A stretch of DNA of 64,000 nt, taken from a virus. The notes under the pieces are model-generated. The model did no database searches, was not told the DNA's origin, and saw only the letters and a program-made list of their open reading frames with translations. Where the stretch lies: positions 1 through 64,000 of the IMG/VR virus record IMGVR_UViG_3300032313_001465, one strand, 5' to 3'. The translations under genes and the position numbers were made by a program. Positions 10,329 through 20,581 of this stretch are shown here, one piece after another. How positions within the stretch are numbered: position 1 is the stretch's first letter; the number at the start of each line of letters is the position of its first letter.

Positions 10329-10864
10329 TGGTTTCAAGAGAAGACATATTAAAAGAATATAACATACATGCATCTTTTAAAGCACCACCTAAACCACCTC
10401 GATTAAATTTTAACAAATTTTATTGGTGGAGAAGATACCCTGTTTCTAAATCACTTGATAAACACTATTCTTTTGTATCTAAAATAAATCATGGTGATTT
10501 TGACTATTCACCATATGCATTTCAGATTTCATACGAAGGACAGTGGCTTGCTGATGAAGTTGTTAAACTTAGAAATACTATCCAAAATTGGGGAGTCCTT
10601 AAAGAAAAAGAAAATGAGTTACGATCCATATATAATAAAAGAGTTCGAAAACTACAGGATGACTTTGCAAAAGATGAACGGGAAAGGATGAATTCATTCA
10701 AAGAACACCTGAAAAAAGAATGTGGCGGTACTATAGAACAAGTTTCTGAATTCATTGAGAATTCAGCAGAAGGAACCTTATTAGAAGTAGTTGAACAATA
10801 TAAAACATATTTAAAAAATGAAAAACATAAAAAAGTTGATAAATTCTTTGAAATCTTTATCTAA
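10328..10864 (+). CDS. Hypothetical protein
   Basis: 178-aa ORF in operon. Confidence 0.65.
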   Translation: MVSREDILKEYNIHASFKAPPKPPRLNFNKFYWWRRYPVSKSLDKHYSFVSKINHGDFDYSPYAFQISYEGQWLADEVVKLRNTIQNWGVLKEKENELRSIYNKRVRKLQDDFAKDERERMNSFKEHLKKECGGTIEQVSEFIENSAEGTLLEVVEQYKTYLKNEKHKKVDKFFEIFI

Positions 10865-11429
10865 GAAATTAAATGGTTGGGTTTGGTTAAAAATAGGTTG
10901 GAGAATAAGGGATGTAAATAGATCTATCCAAAGTTTAATTAAATGGTTTCCTATTATCTGGAAAGATAGAGATTGGGATGATTCATTCATTTTTACTATT
11001 TTAAAGTTTAAACTCCAAAACCAAGCAAAATACATTGGGAAACAAGACCGTCATACTCGAGCAAAACGAGATGCGGAAATTATGACCACTTGTGTTCGTT
11101 TAATAGAAAGGGTACAAGATGAATATTATTCTATGGAATATATGGATTATGAAGATAGGATTTTTGACTTTATATTATCACCTACAGAACCTGAAGTATA
11201 TGAACTACATACAGAAACAAAAAGTGAAAATTACAATGCTTATCACAAAAAATATCCACTAATATATAAAAGAGTATTGAATGGAGAAGGTCTATTTGAT
11301 ATTAAAGATAGAGATGAGGAAAGCATGAAACAAGTAATTGCAATGAATATAGGATATATAAACCACTCTAGAGCTAAAAAGCTATTATTTTCTCTATTAG
11401 AACACAATATTGAAAAGTGGTGGGATTAG
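10818..11429 (+). CDS. Hypothetical phage protein
   Basis: 203-aa ORF with WKDRDWD and C-terminal WWD. Confidence 0.65.
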   Translation: MKNIKKLINSLKSLSKKLNGWVWLKIGWRIRDVNRSIQSLIKWFPIIWKDRDWDDSFIFTILKFKLQNQAKYIGKQDRHTRAKRDAEIMTTCVRLIERVQDEYYSMEYMDYEDRIFDFILSPTEPEVYELHTETKSENYNAYHKKYPLIYKRVLNGEGLFDIKDRDEESMKQVIAMNIGYINHSRAKKLLFSLLEHNIEKWWD

Positions 11430-11478
11430 TGGAAAACTAAAAAATAGTTTATATATTTATTATTAAGAAAGTTAAGTT

Positions 11479-12270
11479 ATGAAATTAAGTTTTGAATCCC
11501 CATTAAGTTTACTTACAAACTCATTAGAATACAATGATTATCAATACATTCTCCCGCATTTATCTGATTTATACCCAGAATATAAGGAATTTATGTTATC
11601 TTATAGACAACATCCTGACTCCTTTATTATTATGGATAATGGGTTATTCGAAAATGTAAAACACACTCAAGAAGATCTAATTGAAAAAATAGATCTATTC
11701 GAACCTGATATTTTTATTTCTCCTGATGAATGGAATAATTCATGGAGAACTTCCAAGAACGCTAAGTATTGGATGAATACTATTAAACCCCAATTACCCG
11801 AACGAACTAAATTAATGGTCGTAATACAGGGTGAAACATTAGGGGATATTATTTCATTATATTCTGATTGTTATGATATGGGTTATAGACATTTTGCCTT
11901 TAATCATTCATTAAAATTATATAGTGAAATGTTCCCACACAAAAATAAATTATTTTCCCAAATGATGGGGCGTATTTTATTAATAAATGTCCTTAATTCA
12001 AGACATATGTTAGATACTAATTCATATCATCATCTATTAGGAGCATCAGATATAAATGAATTTAAGTTCTATAAAGGATATGATTTTATTAAGTCAGCAG
12101 ACACAAGTGCACCTATAATAAACGCATTTAAAAACGTTTTATTTGATATGGGTGTTGAATATACTAAACCATCCGAAAAAATAGAAGAATTTATTAACAC
12201 GCCTATATCATCTGATATCATTAACAACATTAATCACAATATAAAACAATTAAGATCATGCCTATTGTAA
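11479..12270 (+). CDS. TGT-fold transglycosylase, DpdA-like (7-deazaguanine insertion)
   Basis: IMDNG, PDEW, VIQG, HHLLG, SADTSAP motifs; lies upstream of queC/D/E/folE. Confidence 0.65.
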   Translation: MKLSFESPLSLLTNSLEYNDYQYILPHLSDLYPEYKEFMLSYRQHPDSFIIMDNGLFENVKHTQEDLIEKIDLFEPDIFISPDEWNNSWRTSKNAKYWMNTIKPQLPERTKLMVVIQGETLGDIISLYSDCYDMGYRHFAFNHSLKLYSEMFPHKNKLFSQMMGRILLINVLNSRHMLDTNSYHHLLGASDINEFKFYKGYDFIKSADTSAPIINAFKNVLFDMGVEYTKPSEKIEEFINTPISSDIINNINHNIKQLRSCLL

Positions 12271-12533
12271 CAAAACACACTCAAGATTTAGGAACATATA
12301 TGTCATTATTTGACTTCCTAGGAAAACCAGCTGGAAACAAGATTGGAAAAGAAGTATTTGATTACTCGAAAAAAATTAGAATAACTATTAAATATAGAGA
12401 TATTACAACCCCTAAATATACTGGAAATGTATGTCTTTATCCTTTAGGATTTTTAACATTATATTTTAATAGTGAGAACAACTTAAATGTAGTAGTAGAA
12501 GAACCTAAAGAGAAAGCTGATTTACCATTTTAA
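12258..12533 (+). CDS. Hypothetical protein
   Basis: 91-aa ORF in operon. Confidence 0.6.
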   Translation: MPIVTKHTQDLGTYMSLFDFLGKPAGNKIGKEVFDYSKKIRITIKYRDITTPKYTGNVCLYPLGFLTLYFNSENNLNVVVEEPKEKADLPF

Positions 12534-12542
12534 ATTAAAAAT

Positions 12543-13451
12543 ATGAAAAAACAAAAAGACCATGTAGTACTTTCATTAAGTGGAGGTTTAGATTCAAGCA
12601 CATTATTATTACGTTGCTTATCCGAGTACAAAAGTGTTACAGCTATCTCATTCTTTTATGGACAAAAACATTCAGTAGAGTTAGAGAGAGCTCAATCATT
12701 GGTATATTATTTAAACCAACAATCTGGACCTAATGCTCTTATCAAACCTATTACTTATCGTCAAATTAGATTGGAAGGATTATCTGATTTACTTGTGAGT
12801 GGATTAGTAGATAATGATTCTATGGAAATGAAAAAAGGACATTATGCTCATGAGAACGCATTAACTTCCGTTGTACCTAACCGTAATGCCATATTTGCAT
12901 CCATTACTTATGCTGTAGCTCTTTCTGTAGCTAAAAGAACTGGAGAAAGATGTGACATAGCACTTGGAACGCATATGGGGGATTTTAATAATAAAACTCA
13001 ATCTGGAATATATCCAGATTGTTCTGAAGAATTTAAATCTGCATTAGAACACGCATTTAAAATAGGAAATTGGGATTCAGATAAAGTAAATTATTGGGCC
13101 CCATATAATGTTACAGATAAAACTGGAGTATTAGAAGATGGTATAAAGAATTGCGAATTATTAGGTTTAGATTATAGAGAAATATATAAACGTACTAATA
13201 CTAGTTATTCTCCCATATTTGTTAAAGATGAAGAAAAAACAAAATTAGCAGGACTAACAGAATCTACTCCGGGAATTGGGGTTTGGTATAGTGATATATA
13301 TTCAGGATCTAGTATTGAAAGGTGTGAGAGTTTTATTAAGTTAGGATTGGAAGATCCATTACAATACTGTGAAAATGATGGAACTTTAGTATCTTGGGAT
13401 TATGTTAAAGAAAAGGTAGAAGAAATTTGTAAAGAATTTAACTCTAAATAA
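12543..13451 (+). CDS. queC: 7-cyano-7-deazaguanine synthase
   Basis: SLSGGLDSS, YGQKH, VPNRN, YPDCSEEF. Confidence 0.9.
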   Translation: MKKQKDHVVLSLSGGLDSSTLLLRCLSEYKSVTAISFFYGQKHSVELERAQSLVYYLNQQSGPNALIKPITYRQIRLEGLSDLLVSGLVDNDSMEMKKGHYAHENALTSVVPNRNAIFASITYAVALSVAKRTGERCDIALGTHMGDFNNKTQSGIYPDCSEEFKSALEHAFKIGNWDSDKVNYWAPYNVTDKTGVLEDGIKNCELLGLDYREIYKRTNTSYSPIFVKDEEKTKLAGLTESTPGIGVWYSDIYSGSSIERCESFIKLGLEDPLQYCENDGTLVSWDYVKEKVEEICKEFNSK

Positions 13452-13462
13452 AAATAAATAAA

Positions 13463-13708
13463 ATGAAACAACTATTAGTAATATCAACTACATGGTGTGC
13501 TCCATGTCAAACACTCAAACCAGTTATCCAAGAATTATCTCAAACGTATAATATTTCAATGATAGATGCGGATGCAAACCCGGAAATAACATCTCAATAC
13601 TCCGTTAGAGGAGTTCCTACTGTAATTTTACTTGAAAACGGAGTAGAGAAAAACAGATTCTCAGGATTTAAAACAAAAGAACAAATTATTAACTTTTATA
13701 ACAACTAA
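13463..13708 (+). CDS. Thioredoxin
   Basis: WCAPC, VRGVPT. Confidence 0.9.
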   Translation: MKQLLVISTTWCAPCQTLKPVIQELSQTYNISMIDADANPEITSQYSVRGVPTVILLENGVEKNRFSGFKTKEQIINFYNN

Positions 13709-13711
13709 AAA

Positions 13712-13951
13712 ATGGCAGAATACTCAAAACAATGGTGTGAAATTAATGATCCTAATGGATTATCATATGATTTCGATATCTTAGAAGAAGCAAACCAATT
13801 AAAACCAGAACATTATGTATCTTTAATTTGTGAAGGATTTGGTTTTACAGCAATTGGAAAAGACAAAGACGGTAATATTTTATTAGGCGTTCCAACAAAC
13901 GAAGTACCTAATGAAATAGTTTGGAAATCTTATAATGAAGTAATAAAATGA
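13712..13951 (+). CDS. Hypothetical protein
   Basis: 79-aa ORF in operon. Confidence 0.6.
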   Translation: MAEYSKQWCEINDPNGLSYDFDILEEANQLKPEHYVSLICEGFGFTAIGKDKDGNILLGVPTNEVPNEIVWKSYNEVIK

Positions 13952-14103
13952 ACCACCCAAACCCAAAACAACACCAAACAATAAGTTTTATTAAATCCAT
14001 AGTAAGAATGCTAGGATATATAGGGTTATTAGTAAATCTACCTTTAGCTATTACCTTGTTGGTATTCTCAGAAATTATAGGTATATTAGAAGAATTAGTA
14101 TAA
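13948..14103 (+). CDS. Small hydrophobic protein (51 aa, not in ORF track)
   Basis: MNHPNPKQHQTISFIKSIVRMLGYIGLL...IGILEELV*; ATGA overlap with the upstream gene. Confidence 0.6.
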   Translation: MNHPNPKQHQTISFIKSIVRMLGYIGLLVNLPLAITLLVFSEIIGILEELV

Positions 14104-14116
14104 ATAAAAACATAAA

Positions 14117-14584
14117 ATGAAAAAATTTATTTCAACAAAATTATTTGATGGATACTCTGCATGCTTTCGTCAATGGAAAGCAGATGGTACTCATTGTAAG
14201 TTTTTACACGGTTATGCGGTTTCGTTTAGAGTGTGGTTTGAAGGTGATTTAGATCAACGTAATTGGGTATTTGACTTTGGTGGTATGAAGCGAGCTAAAA
14301 ATAAAATACATGGTTTATCTCCTAAAGATTATTTTGCACATCTCTTGGATCACACAACTATTATATCACAGGATGATCCTTATTTAGAGCAATTTAAACA
14401 AATGGATATGGATGGTATAATTCAATTAAGAATTATGGATAATGTAGGATGTGAACGTTTTGCTGAGTACCTATATCACACTATTAACGACTTCCTTGAA
14501 TTAGAAACTGAAGGTAGAGTAAAAGCCATTAAAGTAGAAGTTTACGAACATGAAAGAAACTCAGCAAGTTATCAAGAAAATTAA
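14117..14584 (+). CDS. queD: 6-carboxytetrahydropterin synthase
   Basis: CKFLHGY, DFG, LDHT, ERFA, VYEH. Confidence 0.85.
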   Translation: MKKFISTKLFDGYSACFRQWKADGTHCKFLHGYAVSFRVWFEGDLDQRNWVFDFGGMKRAKNKIHGLSPKDYFAHLLDHTTIISQDDPYLEQFKQMDMDGIIQLRIMDNVGCERFAEYLYHTINDFLELETEGRVKAIKVEVYEHERNSASYQEN

Positions 14585-14591
14585 AAATAAT

Positions 14592-15374
14592 ATGAAACCA
14601 GGTAGATTAAGATATTTTGACAAACCTTTACAAATAATAGAATTATATTACTGTATTCAATCTGAAGGTTCAAGAGCAGGTAAACCTACTGTTGCAATTA
14701 GAACAACCGGTTGTACCCATAGATGTTGGTTTGGAGAAGGGGGGTGGTGTGATTCATGGTACACCTCAATTCACCCTGAAAAAGGTACATTTACATTTAA
14801 CGACATTATTAAAATGTATGATAATAGACCAGATATTACAGAAATGATGCTTACAGGTGGGAGCCCAACAATGCATCCAGATTTAGTAAATGAATTAACT
14901 CACTTTGCTAATGAAAGAGGTATTGTAATAACTATGGAAACTGAAGGATCACATTTTATTGAAACTGATTATCCAATTGGCTTAATATCATTATCTCCTA
15001 AATTTTCAAATTCCATACCTAAAATTGGAATTCCAATGCCAAATGGAGAATTAACAGATGAAAAGTTAATAATTAAGCATAATAGTTTAAGAATAAACAA
15101 AGAAGCTATTAGACAAACACTATCATACCATACAGATTACCATTTTAAACCAGTTTGTAACCCAGTAGAGATGATGGATACTTGGAATGAAATAGAAGAA
15201 TTTAGAACACAAATGGGAATTCCTAAATCTAAAACTTGGTTAATGCCTCCTGGAAGTACAAGAAATGAACTTATTAGAGTATATCCTATGGTAATTGATT
15301 TTTGTACTAATAATGGATATAATTTTACAGGTCGTGAACATATAATTGCTTTTGATGAAAAGCGTGGAGTCTAA
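14592..15374 (+). CDS. queE: 7-carboxy-7-deazaguanine synthase (radical SAM)
   Basis: IQSEG, RTTGCTHRC...WCDS, TGGSP, ETEG, SPK. Confidence 0.88.
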   Translation: MKPGRLRYFDKPLQIIELYYCIQSEGSRAGKPTVAIRTTGCTHRCWFGEGGWCDSWYTSIHPEKGTFTFNDIIKMYDNRPDITEMMLTGGSPTMHPDLVNELTHFANERGIVITMETEGSHFIETDYPIGLISLSPKFSNSIPKIGIPMPNGELTDEKLIIKHNSLRINKEAIRQTLSYHTDYHFKPVCNPVEMMDTWNEIEEFRTQMGIPKSKTWLMPPGSTRNELIRVYPMVIDFCTNNGYNFTGREHIIAFDEKRGV

Positions 15375-15388
15375 ATATTTATTATAAA

Positions 15389-15664
15389 ATGATATCAATT
15401 ACCAACAAAAACCAACTTCCACAAAACGGAACTCAAATATTATATTTTACATCTGAAGGATGTGGGGCATGTAATATGCTTACCCCTAAATTATCTCGTT
15501 TAGTTGAAAATAAAGGATATGATAACTGGTATAGTGTAGATATTAATAAACATGAATTACTAGGAGAACAGTTTAAAGTAGAGTTTATTCCAACCGTTAT
15601 TGTCTTAAAAGATGGTAAGGAAGTAAGACGAGCTACTGGTATCAAGAATATAGAAAGTATTTAG
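15389..15664 (+). CDS. Thioredoxin-like protein
   Basis: CGAC, IPT. Confidence 0.8.
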   Translation: MISITNKNQLPQNGTQILYFTSEGCGACNMLTPKLSRLVENKGYDNWYSVDINKHELLGEQFKVEFIPTVIVLKDGKEVRRATGIKNIESI

Positions 15665-15719
15665 ACATACTTGGAAAATCAAAATAAAAGTTGTATATTT
15701 TAAAATAAAAGTTATATTA

Positions 15720-16352
15720 ATGGAATTATTAAAAAAATCAAACGGTAATCATCCCCGTACTCAAGAAGAGATAGAGCAGATGATAGAAAATGCATCTGAA
15801 GCATATGGTAAATTCCTTACAGCATTGGGGTTTGATTATAAAGCAGATAGACAAACAGTCGATACTCCAAGGAGAGTCGCAAAATCCTTCTTGAAAGACC
15901 TAATCGTAGGTTCAATTACTGACGAACCAAATATTACAGTTTTCCCTAATGATGAAAATTATGACGGACTAGTAATTCAAGCAGGCATTCCTATTGTTAG
16001 TATGTGTGCACATCACAATTTAGCATTCACTGGGTTTGCTACTGTAGCATATATTCCTGCTGAAAATGTAATTGGATTAAGTAAATTAAATCGTATTGTA
16101 GAATGGTTTTCTCGTCGCCCACAAATGCAAGAATCATTAACCACCCAAATTCATGATTATGTTGCTGATAAAATGCAATGCCAATCAGTAGCAGTTAGTA
16201 TTGCTTGTAAACATACTTGTTGTAGTTCAAGAGGTATTAAACACGGATCAGTAATGACTACCAACAAATTCTCAGGTGTATTTATAGAACCTAATAATAT
16301 GGTTCGTGATGAATTTCTCCATGCCATCGAAGTAAATGGTGCTAAATTTTAA
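15720..16352 (+). CDS. folE: GTP cyclohydrolase I
   Basis: DTPRRVAK, SMCAHH, GLSKLNR, RPQMQE, HTCCSSRG. Confidence 0.93.
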   Translation: MELLKKSNGNHPRTQEEIEQMIENASEAYGKFLTALGFDYKADRQTVDTPRRVAKSFLKDLIVGSITDEPNITVFPNDENYDGLVIQAGIPIVSMCAHHNLAFTGFATVAYIPAENVIGLSKLNRIVEWFSRRPQMQESLTTQIHDYVADKMQCQSVAVSIACKHTCCSSRGIKHGSVMTTNKFSGVFIEPNNMVRDEFLHAIEVNGAKF

Positions 16353-16370
16353 AATAAAAAATAATAATAC

Positions 16371-16826
16371 ATGGTAACAATATACGCTCATAAAAACACA
16401 GATAATGCCGTTATTCCAACGGTAGCCTACAATTCGACAAGTGCCTGCTTTGATATAACTTGCACTGAAACAACAGTTATACCTGCAGGTAAATCAGCAG
16501 TAGTACCTAATGGGTTAAATTTAACACTACCTCAAAACCAAAAGTTTTGGATGCAGATACAATTACGTAGTTCTAAAGGATTTAAACATGAATTAATCCC
16601 ACATTATGGAACTGTAGATCCGGGATATACTGGAGATTTAGGAGTAAAAATATATAATGTAGGTGATGTTGATGTTACTATTGAGGAAGGAGAAAGATAT
16701 GCTCAAATAGCAGTAATCCCAATCCCACAATATGAAATTGTTGAACTAAACGACGAAGAATTTAACGAATTAAAAAACACACAATCTAGAGGCGACAAAG
16801 GATTTGGAAGTTCAGGTAAAAATTAA
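16371..16826 (+). CDS. dut: Trimeric dUTPase
   Basis: RSSKG, GTVDPGYTG, RYAQ, RGDKGFGSSG. Confidence 0.92.
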   Translation: MVTIYAHKNTDNAVIPTVAYNSTSACFDITCTETTVIPAGKSAVVPNGLNLTLPQNQKFWMQIQLRSSKGFKHELIPHYGTVDPGYTGDLGVKIYNVGDVDVTIEEGERYAQIAVIPIPQYEIVELNDEEFNELKNTQSRGDKGFGSSGKN

Positions 16827-16837
16827 ATAAAAATAAA

Positions 16838-17113
16838 ATGGAAAAATTACTAGAAATTATAAGTCAATTAAGACATGTCACTGAATGGTCTCAACCTAAT
16901 ATAAAATTTGTTGAAATCATGGCTCTTATTAATGAATTAGAGGAAGAAATTAGGAACCCTAAAGAAATAGAGGTTGTGGATGTAATTGTAGAAGAAGAAG
17001 TGGTTGAAGAACCAATAATCGAAACACCAAAGATAGAGGAAACAGTAGTTACTGAAGAAGTCCCTAAAAAAAGAAACTACCATTTTAAAAAGAAAGAAAC
17101 CCCAGCAGAATAA
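16838..17113 (+). CDS. Hypothetical protein, acidic with basic tail
   Basis: 91-aa ORF. Confidence 0.55.
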   Translation: MEKLLEIISQLRHVTEWSQPNIKFVEIMALINELEEEIRNPKEIEVVDVIVEEEVVEEPIIETPKIEETVVTEEVPKKRNYHFKKKETPAE

Positions 17114-17114
17114 A

Positions 17115-18872
17115 TTGTACCAATCAATATACTTTGACCGATCTACCTATAATATCTTTTTAAGAGATGATAAAAGTGGATGGCATCAATTTAAACATAA
17201 CCCTATTTTTTATAAACGAGTAAAGCACCAACAAGACGGTGCTTTACCTGTATTAACTGGAGGATATTGTATCCCAGTTAATGGGAAAGCGGATTGGAGT
17301 GATCCGGATTTATTAGAAAAGGATATAAATCCTGAGTTATACACTTTGAGAGAATTATATTATAATCAAGAAGATGTTATTCCTGAATGGCATAATACTG
17401 TATTTTTGGATATTGAGATTGAAATGGGAGGAGCGCTTACAATTCAATACATAAAAGATGCCCAAGCTCCTATTACTTCCATAGCTTTAATAGACTTAAC
17501 TACTAAAACTAAAATATGTTTTATCGTTGATAAATCAAAAGAAATTGAGGAAATTAATGATGGGAATATTCATGTTATTCCTTGTAGAACCGAAAGAGAA
17601 TTAATATTAAAGTTTTTAGATAAGTGGGAAGAAATAGACCCAACTATAGTAGTAGGATGGAATAGTGAATATTTCGATATACCTTATCTATACTTTAGAC
17701 TAGGAAATATAGTACATGAAGAAGATAGACTTAGACTTTCCCCAATCCGTAAAATACAGGTTCAAGATTATAACCCAAATGTTTTATCAGTTAGATTAGG
17801 TGGTATCAATCATCTAGATTATATGCTTTTACATAAAAAATATATAACCAAGGAAGAACCATCATATAAATTAGGTGATATTGGAGAAAAATATGTTAAA
17901 TTAGGGAAAGTAGAATATGAAGGTAATTTGAATACTTTATTTAAAACAGATAAACAAAAATTTATTGAATATAATCTTCGAGATGTTGAGATTGTTGAGA
18001 AATTAGAAGAAAAACTTAAATTTATCGAGTTAACTATTATGATAAGTCATATTTGTAATACTCCATATGATCAAATCTATTATAACACAGTCTTAGGTGA
18101 AGGGGCAATATTAAAATACTTACGAGGATCAAAAATTATCTCTCCTAATAAACCAACTACTCATAATCCATCAAGAAAAAATAGAGAAGAAACATACGCT
18201 GGAGGATATCTTTTAGATCCTGTACCTGGATTATATTATGATTGTATAGATTTAGATTATACCTCACTATATCCTAGTATTATTAAATCCCTTAATTTAG
18301 GTATTGAAACATTAGTTGGAAGGATTGAAGTAAATTCTACATACGAACAAAATTATTCATTAGAAAAGTTAGAACAAAGGGATCCAAATGAAGAAATAAT
18401 AATACAACGTTTAAATAAAATTAATTATACTCTAGATTCAAAGGAGATTAAATTAGGAGAACTTATACAAATAATTAAGGACAATAAATACACAATATCA
18501 GCATCCGGAGCATTATTTAGAACTGATAAACAAAGTGTTACAGCTAACATTTTAGAAAAGTGGTTTGAGAAACGTGAACATTATAGGGGAATGAAAAAGC
18601 AAGCTGGTAAATCAGAAGATTGGGGTAAATTTGCATTATATGATACGTTTCAACTAGCTTTTAAGATTCTTCAAAATGCGATGTACGGTACATTTGCTAA
18701 AAACGTTTGGAGATATACTGATGGTCATATGATATGTAGTTGTGCCATTACAAACAGTGGTCAAAGATTAACTAAATCCTCTATCGATTATGTAAATGGT
18801 GAATTAGGTAATGTTATGGAAATGTCTAAAGATGAATTAATGGAATATTTTGAATTAGACTCTAAAAAGTAA
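17115..18872 (+). CDS. Family B DNA polymerase, N-terminal part (exonuclease plus motifs A and B)
   Basis: DIEI, GWNSEYFD, YNLRDV, YAGG, DYTSLYPSII, KILQNAMYG; TTG start. Confidence 0.9.
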   Translation: MYQSIYFDRSTYNIFLRDDKSGWHQFKHNPIFYKRVKHQQDGALPVLTGGYCIPVNGKADWSDPDLLEKDINPELYTLRELYYNQEDVIPEWHNTVFLDIEIEMGGALTIQYIKDAQAPITSIALIDLTTKTKICFIVDKSKEIEEINDGNIHVIPCRTERELILKFLDKWEEIDPTIVVGWNSEYFDIPYLYFRLGNIVHEEDRLRLSPIRKIQVQDYNPNVLSVRLGGINHLDYMLLHKKYITKEEPSYKLGDIGEKYVKLGKVEYEGNLNTLFKTDKQKFIEYNLRDVEIVEKLEEKLKFIELTIMISHICNTPYDQIYYNTVLGEGAILKYLRGSKIISPNKPTTHNPSRKNREETYAGGYLLDPVPGLYYDCIDLDYTSLYPSIIKSLNLGIETLVGRIEVNSTYEQNYSLEKLEQRDPNEEIIIQRLNKINYTLDSKEIKLGELIQIIKDNKYTISASGALFRTDKQSVTANILEKWFEKREHYRGMKKQAGKSEDWGKFALYDTFQLAFKILQNAMYGTFAKNVWRYTDGHMICSCAITNSGQRLTKSSIDYVNGELGNVMEMSKDELMEYFELDSKK

Positions 18873-18878
18873 ATTTAT

Positions 18879-19778
18879 ATGGATAAAAACTTCATTCTTT
18901 TAAGTGACACAGATAGTTTGTACATAGAGCTTAAACCTGTTTTAGATTATATGAAATCTAAGGGTATAGAAATTAATGACGAAAATAAAAATGAATTTGT
19001 TCTTAAAATAGCTAGTAAGATTCAGTCTAAAGCAAACGATAACTTAGAGAACGTTTGTAATAAATTGTTTAACATTCCAAAAAACAAATATTTTCAATTA
19101 AAACAAGAGGTAATTGCTTCTACTATATTAGCTACAGGTAAAAGAAGATATGGAATGTGGGTTACTAATAAGGAAGGAGTTACAATTCCTTCCGATCATA
19201 AAGATGCACTAGATCTAAAGGGTTTGGAGATAATGAAGTCTAATATGAATCCGATTTTTAAAAAATTTGGAGAAAGTTTTATCAAGAATATTTTATTTAA
19301 CACTCCAAAACAAGAATTAGACAATTCCATAATAGATTTTTACAATTTGTTAAAACAAACAGACCCGAGATTATTAGGTAAACCAACTGGTGTTAAACAA
19401 ATAAATTCATATAGAATACCTCCAACATCCGGAGAGATATTTAGTAAATTTAAACTTAAAGCTCCAAGTAATACAAAAGCAGCAGTACGTTACTCAGACT
19501 TACTTAGATTTAGAAAATTAGATAAAAAATTCGAAACAATAATAGAAGGAGATAAAATACTTATTATTAACCTAAAACAAAATCCATATCAAATAGATAC
19601 TATAGGGTTACCAAATTCAAAGATACCTGATGAGATTGATAAGTTCGTTAAAGAATATATTGACGTTGATAAAATATTTGAATCGATGCTTTTGAATAAG
19701 TTGAAAGAACTATATCTTGATTTAAAATGGGATTTTCCTAGTTTAAATCCAAACATTGGGAAGTTTTTCTCCTTCTAA
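18879..19778 (+). CDS. Family B DNA polymerase, C-terminal part (motif C, thumb)
   Basis: SDTDSLY, KRRY, KGLE; separate ORF 6 nt after the upstream stop. Confidence 0.88.
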   Translation: MDKNFILLSDTDSLYIELKPVLDYMKSKGIEINDENKNEFVLKIASKIQSKANDNLENVCNKLFNIPKNKYFQLKQEVIASTILATGKRRYGMWVTNKEGVTIPSDHKDALDLKGLEIMKSNMNPIFKKFGESFIKNILFNTPKQELDNSIIDFYNLLKQTDPRLLGKPTGVKQINSYRIPPTSGEIFSKFKLKAPSNTKAAVRYSDLLRFRKLDKKFETIIEGDKILIINLKQNPYQIDTIGLPNSKIPDEIDKFVKEYIDVDKIFESMLLNKLKELYLDLKWDFPSLNPNIGKFFSF

Positions 19779-19809
19779 AAAAGTTCGTATATTAATTAAA
19801 AATAAAAAT

Positions 19810-20547
19810 ATGATGCATAAATCCGTTTTACAGAGTGTTATTTCTAAATATTATTTAGGTGGAATAATTGAAGCAGCCAAACTAAGTGTTGAGGATGATA
19901 AATTACAAATTAAATTTGTATCACCTAATAAAGATATGATTGGAAGTTTACAACACAATAATTTCCCAATCCCTAATTGTGTATTACCTATATTTAATAC
20001 TACTCAATTACTTAAATTATTAAGTATTACTAGTAATGATATTTCACTTCTTACTGAAAAGAAACAAAAAGTATTTACTAAACTATACATTTCAGATACT
20101 AATTTTAATTTATCATATGCTTTAGCTGATGAGTTTTTATTACCAAAAGTAGGTGAAGTTACTGAGCCCCAAGAATATGAAATCAAAATTCCACTAAATG
20201 TTGAAAATATAGATTCTTTAATTAAAGCTAAAAATGCATTACCAGGAGTAGATTTTATGACAATACGAAGTGATATTAATTTAGATGATCAAAAACCAAT
20301 TGTTGAATTTACATTTGGAGAGGATAACGAACATTCAAATAAAATAACATATAATATACCTGCAGAAGTTAATTCAGGTAGAATTAGTATTCCATTCAAC
20401 TCAGAAATATTCAAAGAAATATTAGTAGCAAATAAAGATATGGGAGGTGGAGTTATAAGTATAAGTGAGAAAGGATTAATGGTAATGGAATTTGAAAAGA
20501 ATGAAATTAAAACTAAATATTTCTTAGTAAGATTACAAGGAGCATAA
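19810..20547 (+). CDS. Sliding clamp (gp45/PCNA-like)
   Basis: About 245 aa, beta-rich, ends KYFLV; follows PolB and precedes clamp-loader genes. Confidence 0.65.
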   Translation: MMHKSVLQSVISKYYLGGIIEAAKLSVEDDKLQIKFVSPNKDMIGSLQHNNFPIPNCVLPIFNTTQLLKLLSITSNDISLLTEKKQKVFTKLYISDTNFNLSYALADEFLLPKVGEVTEPQEYEIKIPLNVENIDSLIKAKNALPGVDFMTIRSDINLDDQKPIVEFTFGEDNEHSNKITYNIPAEVNSGRISIPFNSEIFKEILVANKDMGGGVISISEKGLMVMEFEKNEIKTKYFLVRLQGA

Positions 20548-20581
20548 TATTTATATTAAACAATTAAACTTAAACAAAAAA

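Noticed and set aside
18800-18950. Split intein or group I intron at the PolB break
   Set aside because: No Cys/Ser-initiated intein block, no HN/GN-Cys end, and only 6 nt between the ORFs
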